A DNA stretch of 64,000 nt. Origin: Mobula hypostoma. Taxonomy: Eukaryota. A model generated the notes under the pieces. That model was not told where the DNA came from. It searched no databases and saw only the letters and a list, made by a program, of their open reading frames with translations. The stretch is taken from the NCBI RefSeq assembly GCF_963921235.1, contig NC_086097.1, forward strand, positions 209,066,001 through 209,130,000, given 5' to 3'. A program made the position numbers and the translations under genes. Below are positions 37,165 to 50,236 of the stretch, piece after piece. Every line of letters starts with the position of its first letter. Position 1 is the first letter of the stretch.

Positions 37165-39114
37165 GCTTATGAAAGGTTCAAAAAACTAGGTAAAGATAGA
37201 GATCCAGAAGATAATAAGGCTAGCAGGAAGAAGTTTAAGAATGAAATTAGGAGAGCCAGAAGGAGACATGAGAAGGTCTTACTGAGCAGGATTAAGGAAT
37301 ACCTCAAGGAATTCGACAAGTATGTGAAGAGCAAGAGGATAAGATGTGAGAGAATAGGACCAATCAAGTGTGACAGTGGAAAAGTGTGTATGGAACTCGA
37401 GGAGATAGAAGAGACACTTAATGAGTACCTTGCTTCTGTATTCAGTACAGAAAAGGATCTTGGTGATTGTAGGGATGACTTATAGCAGATTGAAAAGCTT
37501 GAGCATATTGACAGTAAGAAAGAGGATGTGCTGCAGCCTTTGGAAAGCATCGTTGGATAAGTTTCCAGGACTGGATGAGATGTACCCAAGGCTACTGTGG
37601 GAGGTGAGGGAGGACATTGCTGAGCTTCTGGCAATGATCTTAGCATCATCAATGGTGATGGGAGAGGTTCTGGAGCATTGGAGGGTTGCAGGTGTTGTTC
37701 CCTTGTTCAAGAGAGGGAGTAGAGATAGCCCAGGAAATTATAGACCAGTGAGTCTTACCTCAGTGGTTGGTAAGTCAATGGAGAAGATCCTGAGAGGCAG
37801 GATTTATGAACATTTGAAGAGGCATAATATGATTAGGAATAGTCAGCATAGCTTTGTCAAAAGCAGATCATGCCATACGAGCCTGATTGAATTTTTTGAG
37901 GATGTGACTGAACACATTGATAAAGGTAGAGCAGTAGATGTAGGGTATATGGATTTTAGCAAGGCTTTTGATAAAGTACCCCGTGCAAGGTTTACTAAGA
38001 AAGTAAGGATGCATGGTATCCAAGGGGACCTTGCTTTGTGGATCCAGAATTGGCTTGCTTACAGAAGGCAAAGAATGGCTGTAGATGGGTCATATTCTGC
38101 ATGGAGGTTGGTGACTAGTGGTGTGCCTCAGGGATCTATTCTGAGACCCCTTCTCTTCGTGATTTTTATAAATGACCTGGATGAGGAAGTGGAGGGATGG
38201 GTTAGTAAATTTGCTGATGACACAAAGGTTGGGGGTTGTTGCGAATAGTATGGAGGGCTGTCAGAGGTTACAACGGGACATCGATAGGATGCAAAACTGG
38301 GCTGAGAATTGGCAGATGGAGTTCAACCCAGATAAGTGTGAGGTGGTTCATTTTGGTGGATCAAATATGAGGGCAGAATATAGAATTAATGGTAAGACTC
38401 TTGGCACTGTGGAGGATCAGAGGGATATTGGGGTCAGAGTCCATAGGACACTCAAAGCTGCTGCACAGGTTAACTCTGTGGTTAAGATGCCATACAGTGC
38501 ATTGGCCTTCATCAACTGTGGGATTGATTTTAAGAGCCAAGAGGTAATGTTGCAGCTGTATAGGACCCTGGTCAGGGCCCACTTGGAGTACTGTGCTCAG
38601 TTCTGATCACCTCACTACAGGAGGGATGTGGAAACTATAGAAAGGGTGCAGGGGAGAATTACAAGGATGTTTCCTGGATTGGGGAACATGCCTTATGAGA
38701 ATAGGTTGAGCAAACTCGGCCTTTTCTACTTGGAGTAACAGAGGATGAGAGGTGACCTGATAGAGGTGTATAAGATGATGAGAGGCATTGATCATGTAGA
38801 TAGTCAGAGGCTTTATCCCAGGGCCGAAGTGGCTTACATGAGAGTGCACAGTTTTAAGGTGCTTGGAAGTAGGTACAGAGGAAATGTCAAAGTCTTTTAT
38901 GCAGAGAGTGGTGAGTATGTGGAATGGGCTGCTGGCAATGGTGGTGGAGGTGGAATCGATAGAGTCTTTTAAGAGTCTCCTGGATAAGTGCGTGGAGCTT
39001 AGAAAAATAGAGGGCTATGGGTAACCTTAGGTAATTTCTAAATAAATACATGTTCGGCACAGCATTGTGGGTCAAAGGGCCTGTATTTTGCTGTAGGTTT
39101 TCTATGTTTTTATG
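37165..39114 (+). mobile_element. CR1 LINE (family B), 5'-truncated, nested in the Rex-like LINE
   Basis: [35 protein letters not shown]; highly similar to 29513-31400 in the opposite orientation. Confidence 0.93.
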
Positions 39115-39568
39115 TCTGGTATTAGGGGGAGCACTATTGCAGAGGACCAAAAGAAGTTGCAGAGAGTTTTTAAATTTAGTCAGCTTCATCTTGGGTACTT
39201 GCCTACAAAGTACCCAGAGCTGTGTCTCAGAAAGACAGTGTCCATTATCAAGGATCCCCAGGCATGCCCTTTTCTCACTGTTACCATCTGGTAGGAGGTA
39301 TAGAAGCCTGAAGGCACACACTCAGCAATTCAGGGATAGCTTCTTCCCCTCTGGCTACTGATTCCTAAATGAATGTTGAACCCGTGAATACTACCTCACT
39401 TTTCTAATATATATTCTTCCTGTTTTTGCATGATTTTTAATCTGTTCATTTATTTACCAGTCATTTATTTTTTCTCTTCTTCATCTATATTATTTATTGC
39501 ATTGAACTGCTGCTGCTAAGCTAACAAATTTCACGACGCATGCCGATGATAATAAATCTGATTCTGAT
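39115..39568 (+). mobile_element. Rex1/Babar-like LINE 3' end (continuation)
   Basis: HALFSLLPSGRRYRSLKAHT...SFFPS; gattctga tail. Confidence 0.85.
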
Positions 39569-39619
39569 ATGAAATATGCTCATAAGAGACCTGACAGCTG
39601 AAGTGCTCGTGAACAGACT

Positions 39620-39750
39620 CAATCCAGATGAAGTGTCTCAACCCAAAGTATTGACTGCCGATTCCCCTCGATAGATGTTGCCTGACCTACTAACTTCAGC
39701 CTTTTGTTTGCTTTTCAATGTCTGTCGTTTGATTTTCAGACCTTCAGTGC
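39620..39750 (+). mobile_element. Degraded PLE pseudo-LTR with eroded hammerhead
   Basis: ccagatgaagtgtctcaacccaaagtattgactg...atagatgttgcctgacct. Confidence 0.55.
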
Positions 39751-40132
39751 AGTTGTATATGCAGCTCCAGCTTGTGATGTTTGCCCAACATGATCAACCA
39801 TGATAACAGAGTAACAATATGAGTGCACCTCACCCAAGGTTGTTGAGATAATTTTCCTCATCTCTCGTAGCTCCTGGCACGTTACAAAGTGTGGTGCAGA
39901 ACAGTGGAGTAGTAAGTGTGCAAAGAACAGAGTTTGTTGAATTTGTGGCACTTTGAGAGGTTTTACCAATGTACTAAAGCAGAATAACCTCACCCAATTG
40001 CAGATGCCCTCAGTGCATCCAAACATCTTACGCATGAAAATAAAGAGAGGCACCTGGAAATACCTTATTGACTTTCTTGACCTAATTTGCTTATCTTGTA
40101 TGCAAGTATTCTCCAAAATTTAAAACTCTTAT

Positions 40133-40265
40133 GGAGTCATAGAGTCACAGAGCACTACAGTGCGGAAAGAATCATTCAACCCATCTTGTCTGTGCTGAAC
40201 TGTTAATCTGCTTGGACCCATTGTCCTGCACCTGGACCAGAGTGTCCGTACACCTCCCATCCCAA
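40133..40265 (-). mobile_element. CR1 3' end fragment
   Basis: gagtcatagagtcacagagcactacag...cctgcacctggacc...cctcccatcc. Confidence 0.65.
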
Positions 40266-41169
40266 TGAATTTCTTGACCTCTGTAATTGCATGTCTTGAA
40301 TATAACAATTACAGTAAATTTCCATGATTCTATGATCACCTAAAAGATACCACTGTGTAATTCAATTTCTAGGCCACGAATAATATTCTAAATATAGTAT
40401 CCACTATTGTAATGTAACAAGCTATTATTTTCAGTTTCGCTAATTGCCTAAATATGAAAGATGATCCTAATTATAAAAGGCTTGTTCCAACATGGGCAGC
40501 AGTTTGATTGCAAATGGATAACTCTTTCATCACCTCTGCTCATATCAGTAGAAAACATAACAGCCTAGATGCTGCCTGACCTCGCTTTCCACTTAAATTG
40601 TCCAAAGTTAACAAGAACAGGAGAAGAAAATGCATTTGACATAATGAAAGGACTTGAGTGCAGGGGCAGAACCATTTCTACCTGAAAGGTGTATCAGACG
40701 GTAGATATTAATTTCCCCTAAGTGCATGAAGACATTTCATACTTAATCCAGAAATGTGCTTTCTATAAAATATACAGAACTTGTAACTTCAGGTTTTGTA
40801 CCGATTCTCTGATCTCAAATGCATAACTATTCTGAACAAAAGCTACCCATATACAAAATACATTATCGAGAACAAAAAGCAGAGTTGAAAAGAAAAGCTA
40901 CTTTCATATAATCACCTGTGCTTCATAAAGGCCACCATATATGTGTGATCTCACAGCAAAGCAGTTTGTTTCTTTGACAGATTGTTAAAATTTTATCATA
41001 GGAAGGAAGAATTTTTAAGTTGGGTTTTCTTCACACTCTAAAATATTTATCCAAAGACCATATTGCAATGTAGTTTATAGTTTCCAACGTTACAACTATG
41101 ACAGACAACATTATCTGTAAAAGCTCTGGTGTGTTGTGGGACTCTGAGTCCTCAGACCTACAGTAAATA

Positions 41170-42530
41170 GAGTGCCTATAGAAAGTATTCACCCCCCAAC
41201 CCTTGGAAGTTTTCTTATTTTTTTGCTTTACAACCTTGAATCACAGTGGATTTAATTTGGCTTTTTTTCACACTCATCAATAAAAAAGATTGTTTTGTGT
41301 CAAAATGAAAACAGATCTCTGCAAAGTGATCTAAATTAATTACAAATATAAAACACAAAATAATTGATTGCATAAGTATTCACTTCCTTTAATAGGACGC
41401 ACCAATTCATCACTGGTGCAGCCAGTTGGTTTCAGAAGTCACGTAATTAGTTAAATTACTTTACTCCCTGTATACTCATGACTGTATCACTACCCACAGC
41501 TCCAATCTGCTGATTAAATTTGCCGACGACACTACATTGATTGGTCTTATCTCTAACAATAACGAGGTGGCCTACAGGGAAGAAGTCATCTCTCTGACAC
41601 AGTGGTGTCAAGAAAACAACCTCTCCCTCAATGTCACAAAAACAAAGGAGCTGGTTGTGCATTACAGGAGGAATGGAGACGGGCTAACCCCTATTGACAT
41701 CAATGGATCTGGGCTTGAGAAGGAGAATGGCTTTAAGTTCCTCGGCATCCACATCACCGAGGACCTCACATGATCTGTACACACCAGCTGTGTGGTGAAA
41801 AAGGCACAAAAGCACCTCTTTCACCTCAGACAGTTGAGGAAGTTTGGTATGGGCCCCCAAATCCTAAGAACTTTCTGCAGGGGCACAATAGAGAGCATAC
41901 TGACTGGCTGAATCACTGCCTGGTATGGGAACTGTACCTCCCTTAATCACAGGACTCTGCAGAGAGTGGTGCGGACAGCAGATCTGTAGTTGTGAACTTC
42001 CCATGTTTCAGGTGTGTAAAAAGGGCCCGTAGGATCATTGGTGACCCAAGCTGTCCCAACCACAATCTATTCCAGCTGCTATATCCGGGAAGTGGTACCG
42101 CAGCATAAAAGCCAGGACCAATAGTTTCTGGGACAGTTCTTCCACCAGGCCATCGGATTGATGAACTCACACTGATTTGAGCGTACTCTATATTACATTG
42201 ACTGTTCTATTTATGATAAATTACTATGATTGCACATTGCACGTTTAGATGGAGATGTAACATAAAGATTTTTATTCCTCATGTATGTGAAGGATGTAAT
42301 AAATAAAGTCAATTCAATTCAACTCAACTCACCTGTGTCCAGTCGAGGTGTTTCAAATGATTGTAGTAAAAATACACCTGTATCTGGAAGGTCCAGATGT
42401 TGGTGAGTCAGAATCTTGGTAAAAACTACACTGTGAAGATAAAAGAATACTCCAAGCAAATGCACAAAAATGTTGTACAACAATAAAACATGAAAACTTC
42501 CAAGGGGAGTGAATACTTTTATAGGTACTG
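41170..42530 (+). mobile_element. Tc1-like (IR-DR) DNA transposon, internally deleted
   Basis: Left end TA|gagtgcctatagaaagtattcaccc...cttggaagttttc is the inverted match of the right end gaaaacttccaaggggagtgaatacttttataggtactg. Inner DR aagtattcac at 41374-41383. Transposase start relic VKIKEYSKQMHKNV at 42433. Confidence 0.8.
41457..42329 (+). mobile_element. Rex1/Babar-like LINE 3' part nested in the Tc1 element
   Basis: IKFADDTTLIGLISNNNEVAYREEV...WCQENNLSLNVTKTKEL; (CAATT)n tail. Confidence 0.88.
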
Positions 42531-42639
42531 AAAGTGCAAGTATTCTTTCTGCCAGCTTCCCCTTCTTTAAGATATTGTATTTGTATTCCTTTGCTTATGG
42601 AACAGTATCATAGCCAGACTGAATAACAATGTTAATGAT

Positions 42640-43250
42640 TTGCATAAAGGGAAAGAATACACTTGCAGGTTAGTAAGATGTGAGGAGGGCACAAAGAGCT
42701 TTAAAAGAGCATAAGCAGGATTACTGAATAGATTTTAAGCTGGTTAGATGGAATGCAATATGAGAAATTTGGAGTTTATCTATTACAGCAAGAAAAAATG
42801 AAAAACAAAACTTAGTTTGAATGATACCACAGAATATTGTACGACAAAAGGTCCTAGGTTCCTGGAACACAAAGTACCAAAAGACGGTGTACAGGTACAA
42901 AAAGAAACTATGAAGATTAATGATATTGGTGGTTATTGCAAAGGAATAGAATGTAAATGAAGGCATGCTTTATTACAAGTTCCCAGAATGCAAGTGTGAC
43001 CATACCTGCTGTATTACATACAGTGTTAATCTCTGTATTTAAAGAATGATAAATTTGAATTGGAGGCCTTGCCTAAGTTGATTCCTTGGATGAACAAGTA
43101 AATGAACAGAAAATGGTTGAACAGGTTAAACCCATAATCACTGTAGACTGGGGGGGGGGGGAGCGGGATTGAAATGAGAAGTATGTGCAGAGGTAACCAG
43201 GTCTCATCAAATCTGACTGCGTTTTATGAGAAAGTAACTAAACAAATTGA
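42640..43250 (+). mobile_element. Very old CR1 remnant
   Basis: Degenerate similarity to CR1 ORF2 C-terminal segments. Confidence 0.4.
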
Positions 43251-43254
43251 AGAA

Positions 43255-43660
43255 GACAATTGGTAAATTTGTCACATGTACAGAGGTACAGTGTAAAACT
43301 TTATTTTGCATGTCATCGATATAGAACATTTCATTACACTGCATTGAGGTAGTACAAGGAACAACAGTAACAGTGTAGGTTAAGGTATCTCAGTTATAGA
43401 GAAAGTGCAGTGCAGGCAGGTTAAAAGGTGCAAGGCCATAACCAGGTAGATTGTGAGGTCAAGAGTCCATCCTATTGTACTAGGGGACTATTTCAGTTGT
43501 ATTATAAGAGCAGGATAGAAGCTGTACTTGAGCATCGTGGCATACACTTTCTGGCTTCTGTATCTTCTGCCTGATGGGAGGGATGAGAAGAGACTGTTTG
43601 TGGTGGTTGCCATCTTGATTATATTGGCTGCTATGCTGAGTCAGTGAGAAGTGTAGATCA
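43255..43660 (-). mobile_element. Rex1/Babar-like 3' end
   Basis: Reverse of LPSGRRY-like coding plus a UTR similar to 47870-48150. Confidence 0.65.
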
Positions 43661-44764
43661 GTAATAAATAGACAAATGGGCATTATTTGTTGATCTCCGG
43701 ACACAAATTTATTGGATGCTTATCTAATAAAATAAATAGGATGAATGTAAGACTAATTGCCTATTGATATTGACCCAAGGGGGTGACCGCTCATTTTAGT
43801 TTGTTGAAGGGACTTAAGACGTGGTTATTCTTAAACGCAGAATAGTCTGGGATTGTCTTGGAGGGTATATCACAATCTGCAATCCTGACATAACACCCAT
43901 GTTATCATCAATCTTTTTAACTGGAATATAATTAGTGAAGCTTTTTAGGAAGTATCCAGAGAGAACAATAGAAATAACATATAGATTCTGGTGAAAACAG
44001 AATGGAGAAATTCAGGAAATTGCTTAAAAGAGTTGGGGGGAGATCTTGAACAGTGAGAGATTGAAATGTTGTCTCATATAAAAAGCCCAAATATAACTTT
44101 GAAAATAGATCAAGGTTGAAAAATTATACAAGGAGATGGGCAATTTCGGGCTGCATTTCTGAAACCCCCATGTGGAAACATTTTTAATCCTATGATTTCC
44201 TGAAGTGTGTGTATAATATTGGCGTATAAACAGGATGCTATTTCACTGGCTGTTATTTTTCTGGAAGCACTGTTTCATTTAAAGGATTACTATCAGAGTT
44301 CTTGTCAGAAAATAAAATTTTACATGAATACTCTGTGTTTGCAGTTTTGAGGCCAGAAAGTCCCCAATGGCCAAGCTCCTCTCTATGAATGAACTCATTT
44401 CAAAGATGTCAGAGTTTTATCGAGAAAATGAAAACCACACCTTTCAGTGTTGGAAAAATCAGCATCCTTATGGCTCAAGATAAACCACTTCCCTGTGTTT
44501 TCTCTCAATAGGTCGAACATTATTCACATCTTTTTTGGCTGGATAGAAGGTATGGAGATAAGACAAGGCAGTGCTAAGTATATTATCACTCAGCAGTTTT
44601 AAGTTTTACTGTAAACCATTCCCCTTATTTGTGGATAGCAGTTTCTGTTCTCCTTATGTTCTATTGAAATAACATTATAACAGCAGGAAATAAGACTACT
44701 TGCCTGTTTTATCCCAACTGTTACAATGTTATTGATAAAAGCATTTGATAATAAGCTTAAGTAA

Positions 44765-46968
44765 ATAGTTGGCATTGCATATGGTGGAGCTGCCGCCTCA
44801 GAGCTCCAATTCCCCAGGGTCAATGCTGACCATGGGTGTTGTCTGTGTGGAGGTTGCATGTTCTCCCTGTGAGCAGGTGGGTTTTCTCCTTATGCTCTGT
44901 TTTCCTTCCAGATCCCAAAGACAGAATCAGACTCAGGTTTAATATCACTGCCATATGGCATGAAATTTTTTGTTTTACTACAGCAGTACATTGCAATACA
45001 TTAAAATAAAACAATCTATAGCTTAAAATGAGAAATATATGTATATATTCATATATATTGTGCAAAAAAAATGTTAAAAAAAGCAACAGAAACTAGTAAA
45101 GTAGTGTACATGGCTTCATTGTCCATTCAGAGATCTGACGGCAGAGGAGAAGAAACTGCTACTGAATTGCTGAGTGTGTTTTTTCAGGCTCCTGTACCAC
45201 CTCCTTGATGGGAGCAATGAGAATAGGACATGTCCTGGGTGATAGGGGCCCTAATTGATGGATGCCACCTTTCTGAAGATTTGTCCTTTGAAGGTGCCCT
45301 CGATGCTGGGGAGGCTAGTGCCCATGATATAGCTGTGCGAGTTTACAACTTTCTGCCGCTTTTTCCAGTCCTGTGCAGTGGTCCTTCCACACCAGACGGT
45401 GTGGCAACAGGTCAAAATGCTCTCCATGGTACCCCTGTAGAAACTGGTGAGAGGCTTTAGTGGCATACCAAGTCTCTTCAAACTCCTAATGAAATATAGC
45501 TGCTGTTGTGCCTTTGTAATATATCATTATGTTGAGACTAGGATAAATCTTCATAGATGTTGAACTTGAAACTGCTCACCTTCTCCATTGCTGATTCCTC
45601 AATGAGGATTGGCGTGTGTTCCCTTGACTTCCCTCCCTGAAATCCACAGTCAGTTCCTTGGACTTGCTGCCGTTGTGTGCAAGTTTGTTTTTGCGACACT
45701 ACTCAACCAGCTGATCTATCTTGCTCCCGTACGCCCCCTCATCACCATCTGAAATTTTGCCGACAATAGTTGTGCCATTTGAGCTGTGCCTAGACGCACA
45801 CTTGTAGGTATAGAAATGGCAGAGCAGTGGACCATACCTTCTTGGTCCTCATCACTGGTGTTGCAGTCTTTAGTCTCTGTCGATATGTTGGGAGTAGAAG
45901 TACAGCCAGGTGAATCAGGCTTTCCAAAGTGTGGGCATGGGATAGCAGAATAAGTGTTCTTGATGGTGGTATAACGATGGTCAAGTATATTGGCTCCTCT
46001 GGTTCTACAGGTGATATGTTGGTGGTAGTTGTTCAGAGACTTCTTCAAGCTGGCCTGGTTGAAATCCCCCACAATGATAGGGAAGGCACCACGGTGCGCT
46101 GTTTTATGACTGCTGATCATGGCACTCTGCTCCTCCATGGCCTGCCAGAAGTTATCCAGAGGTGGAATGTACACCAGTACTGGGATGTTGGTGGAAAACT
46201 CCCTCGGCAGATAAAATGGACGACACCTAACCATACATGTTCCGCCAACATGTGAACAGGATTGCGACAGGACCACCATATCTGTGCACCATGATGAGTT
46301 AATCATAAAAATGCACTCCACCTGCCCTACCTTTAAAAGATTCGGTTTGGTGGACAGGTGAAAACCTAGGGCTGCAGTGCTTCATCAGAAATGGGGTGGG
46401 GGCACGTTTCCATGAAGCAGACATCCATGATGTCTGTATAGTACAGTAATCTTCAATTAGGTCTTCAATTTTATTTTCCAGAGACTGTACATTCACCAGC
46501 AGGATAGACTGGAGTGGCGGTGTCATGGCCCTGCGTTTCAATTGTACCTGCAGACCATCTCACCTTCCAGGCTTCCTTTTCCTTAAAGGGGGACTACATT
46601 CATGTGCCGATTCTGCAGTCCAGGGTCTGCTAGTCTGGAAATGCCTTAAAATGATGTGGCTTATTGAACTAACTATGACCGTGACTGTCGAATTAGCTGC
46701 AGGAGTCATAAATGAGAATATTTGATAATTCCTATCGGAGCTGTCCACAAAGAGTCGCCACTTATTGCTGCCATCATTGTTGGACGTGCGGGTTGGTAGG
46801 TTAATTGGGCAGGGCAATTTGTTCCAAGTGTTTAGGCGAGTATTAGAATCTGGAGGGAGTTGAGGGGAATGCAGTGCGAATAAAATGGGATAGGTGTAAG
46901 ATCAAAGTGCATGAGGTCTTGATGATCAGTGCACTTGAAGGCTAGTTCTGTGCTGTGTAGTGGTCTTT
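44765..46968 (+). mobile_element. V-SINE split in two (44765-44922, 46783-46968) by a Rex-like LINE
   Basis: ...tgtgtggaggttgcatgttctccctgtg...cccaaagac | gtgcgggttggtaggttaattgg reconstitutes a continuous V-domain. Confidence 0.75.
44923..46782 (-). mobile_element. Rex1/Babar-like LINE with both ends but a ~1.1-kb internal deletion
   Basis: 5' end gatggcagcaataagtggcgactc, SILLVNVQSLENKIEDL, VYIPP, VGDFNQA; junction at ~45830; (GATTCT)-type tail at 44923. Confidence 0.85.
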
Positions 46969-47135
46969 TATGGAAGAGAACCTAAGAGTGAAAGAAACAA
47001 GAGCTGCGGTATCCAAATTTGCCATTTCAGTTTGTTCCATCATTGAATACATCATTGGTGATCCAGATCTATCTGAATACCTGGCAGTCTCTGCTTTGAA
47101 TACACAGTTGGAGAATATCACCAATAATCTGTTCT

Positions 47136-47523
47136 AGGGTGGTGGTGTGGAGATGCATCTCCACCAAAGGAGATTTGAGGCTCTCCTCCCCTCCGCTAGC
47201 CTGCAGCTCAAGGTTGAGCAAAGTGTAACACCTGGCTGAACCCCCACCCTCTCGCTCGATCAGAGTCACGTGAAGCCATGGGAGCAGGTGGTAGATGGTC
47301 ATATGAGCAGCTGGTGTATATCACAAGTCTTGGTTATGCAACCACCGACAACAGGCAGACAATCTCTGAGGAGTATTGACAATGGCTGGGGTCCTCTGTC
47401 TTGTAAATATACTGCCCAGGAGAAAGCAATGGCAAAGCAGTTCTGCAGAAAAACTTGCCAAGATTTATCATTGTCACGAGACCTTGATTGCCCATGTTGT
47501 ATGACACAGCATATGACAATGAG
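47136..47523 (+). mobile_element. RTE-associated non-autonomous short element (Bov-A-like 3' module)
   Basis: ggagaaagcaatggcaaagcagttctgcagaaaaacttgccaaga...gacacagcatatgacaatga resembles the RTE-derived Bov-A module; TSD tctgttct at 47128-47135 and 47524-47531. Confidence 0.6.
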
Positions 47524-47544
47524 TCTGTTCTGATTCAACTGCTT

Positions 47545-48150
47545 AGATACTATGGCCAAGACAACGCACCAGCATTTCTACTTCCTCTGAATGCTAAAGA
47601 AATTTGGCATGTCCATCTTGACCCTCAACAATTTTTGTAGATGCACTGTAGAAAGCCTCCTGTTGGGACGCATCACCACGTGGTACAGCAACTGCTCTGC
47701 CCAAGACAGCAAGAGACTGCAGAGAGTTGATGACAGCTCAGCAGACCTCAAAAACAGCCTTGCCAACTCTGTTTACATGATTTGCAACCTTGATAAAGCA
47801 GAAAACAATCAACGACCTCACCACCTTGGACATTCTCTCTTCTCCATTGGGCAGGAGATACAAAAAAGCCTGAAAGCACATATTACGAGGCCAAGGATGA
47901 ATTCTATCCCACTGTTATTATGTTATTGAATGGTTCTCTGATATGATAAGATGGACTCCTGACATCTCAATCTACCTTTTTTTATCTTGCACTTTATTGT
48001 CTACCTGCATTGCACTTTATCTGTAACTATAACATTTTAGTTGACTTTCTGTTGTCGTTTCATTTGTGCTATCTCAATGCACTGTTGTAATGAAATTATC
48101 TGTCTGGATGGCATGCAAATCAAAGTAATTTTCCTGTACATGTGATAATA
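47545..48150 (+). mobile_element. Rex1/Babar-like LINE 3' part
   Basis: LKKFGMS...FCRCTVESLLLGRITTWYSNCSAQD. Confidence 0.8.
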
Positions 48151-48707
48151 ATGTACACAAGTTATACACAATATCAAGTTATCAATTTACCAGTGAGACA
48201 AGAGGCTCACTTTCAGACCAAGCATAATAAGCTCTGGTGCATGTCACCCCGTTCAGTCTCGGAAGTAACCCTTAAAGAATTTCCGCCCATATCTCAGAAA
48301 ATACTCTGCAGAATTCATGGAGTATGCCTGTGAATTGGATTAGTCAGAGTTGTACAGCCTCGTCCTTCAGCCCATCATGTCCACGGCAACCAATAAGTAT
48401 TCATTTACTAATAAACTAGTTAACCAGCATGTGATGCATTGTCTTTGATGTCTTGGCAAGTTCACGTGAATATGTATTGTAATACTGGTAACATGTAAAA
48501 AATGAAACTTAAAGTGTATCAGAGTGTTATTAGTCCAGAAAATCTCTCACTGTCAACATGTAAGTGCTGCCGTGGCAGAATTAATGGAGTTTCACTATAC
48601 TTCCTTGCTGCAAATCATTTCTATGAAGAATTCAAGCTATACTATGACGTTATTCAAGTGACAAACACTCTATAATTTACATGATGACTAATGTCAATCT
48701 CATTATT

Positions 48708-49185
48708 GTTCAAAGTTCAAATTCACTTTTATTATCAAAGTATATACAATATATGTATACAACAGTGAGATTAATTTACTTGTGGGCATACTCAGCAAAT
48801 CTACAGAATAATAACCACAACAGGATCAATGAAAGATCAACCAGAGTGCAGAAGACAGCAAACTGTGCAAAATTGCTAATATAAATAAATAGCTATAAAT
48901 AATGAGGACATGAGATAATGAGATAGAGTTCTTATAAGCGAGATCATTGATTGTGGGAAAATTTCAATGATGGGGCAAGTGAGTATAGTTACCCCTTTTA
49001 TTCAAGAGCCTGATGGTTGAGGGGTAGTAACTGTTCCTGAACCTGGTGGTGGGAGTCCTGAGGTTCTTGTACCTTCTACCTGATGGCAGCAGTAAGAAGA
49101 GGACATGGCCTGGGTGGTGGGTATCTTTGTTACATGCTGCTTTCCTACAACAGCATTCCCTGTACATGTGCTCAATAGTTAACAT
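48708..49185 (-). mobile_element. Rex1/Babar-like 3' end ((TTTGAAC)-type tail), resumes at ~50237-50310
   Basis: LPSGRRYKNLRTPTTRFRNSYYPSTIRLLN on the minus strand. Confidence 0.8.
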
Positions 49186-50236
49186 GGAAACATAGAAACA
49201 TAGAAAATAGGTGCAGGAGTAGGCCATTCAGCCCTTTGAGCCTGCACCGCCATTTATTATGATCATGGCTGATCATCCAACTCAGAACCCCGCCCCAGCC
49301 TTCCCTCCATACCCTCTGATCCCCGTAGCCACAAAGGCCATATCTAACTCCCTCTTAAATATAGCCAACGAACTGGCCTCAACTGTTTCCTGTGGCAGAG
49401 AATTCCACAGATTCACCACTCTCTGTGTGAAGAAGTTTTTCCTAATCTCGGTCCTAAAAGGCTTCCCCTCTATCCTCAAACTGTGGCCCCTCGTTCTGGA
49501 TTTCCCCAACATCGGGAACAATCTTCCTGCATCTAGCCTGTCCAATCCCTTTAGGATTTTATACATTTCAATCAGATCCCCCCTCAATCTTCTAAATTCC
49601 AACGAGTACAAGCCCAGTTCATCCAGTCTTTCTTCATATGAAAGTCCTGCCATCCCAGGAATCAATCTGAAGAACCTTCTTTGTACTCACTCTATGGCAA
49701 GGATGTCTTTCCTCAGATTAGGGGACCAAAACTGCACACAATACTCCAGGTGTGGTCTCACCAAGGCCTTGTACACCGCTTTCCAAATGTGCTGTTATCA
49801 CATCCTTGATAACTGACTCCAGCAGTTTCCCCACCACCAACGTTAGGCTAACCGGTCTATAATTCCCCGGTTTCTCTCTCCCTCCTTTTTTAAAAAGTGG
49901 GGTTACATTAGCCACCCTCCAATCCTCAGGAACTAGTCCAGAATCTAACGAGTTTTGAAAAATTATCACTAATGCATCCACTATTTCTTGGGCTACTTCC
50001 TTAAGCACTCTGGGATGCAGACCATCTGGCCCTGGGGATTTATCTGCCTTCAATCCCTTCAATTTACCTAACACCACTTCCCTACTAACATGTATTTTGC
50101 TCAGTTCCTCCATCTCACTGGACCCTCTGTCCCCTACTATTTCTGGAAGATTATTTATGTCCTCCTTAGTGAAGACAGAACCAAAGTAATTATTCAATTG
50201 GTCTGCCATGTCCTTGCTCCCCATAATCAATTCACC
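49186..50236 (-). mobile_element. CR1 LINE (family A), 5'-truncated, RT core deleted
   Basis: Highly similar to 8245-8700 and 9421-10014; the two parts are joined at ~49775. Confidence 0.93.

Noticed and set aside
39736..40116. 126-aa minus ORF and plus-strand exon-like segment 39740-39911
   Set aside because: The plus segment has stops in all frames and its acceptor appears to derive from a degraded PLE tail; the minus ORF has no recognisable motif.
43345..43354. tgaggtagta matches the let-7 5' end
   Set aside because: Lies inside a LINE 3' UTR remnant; the match does not extend.
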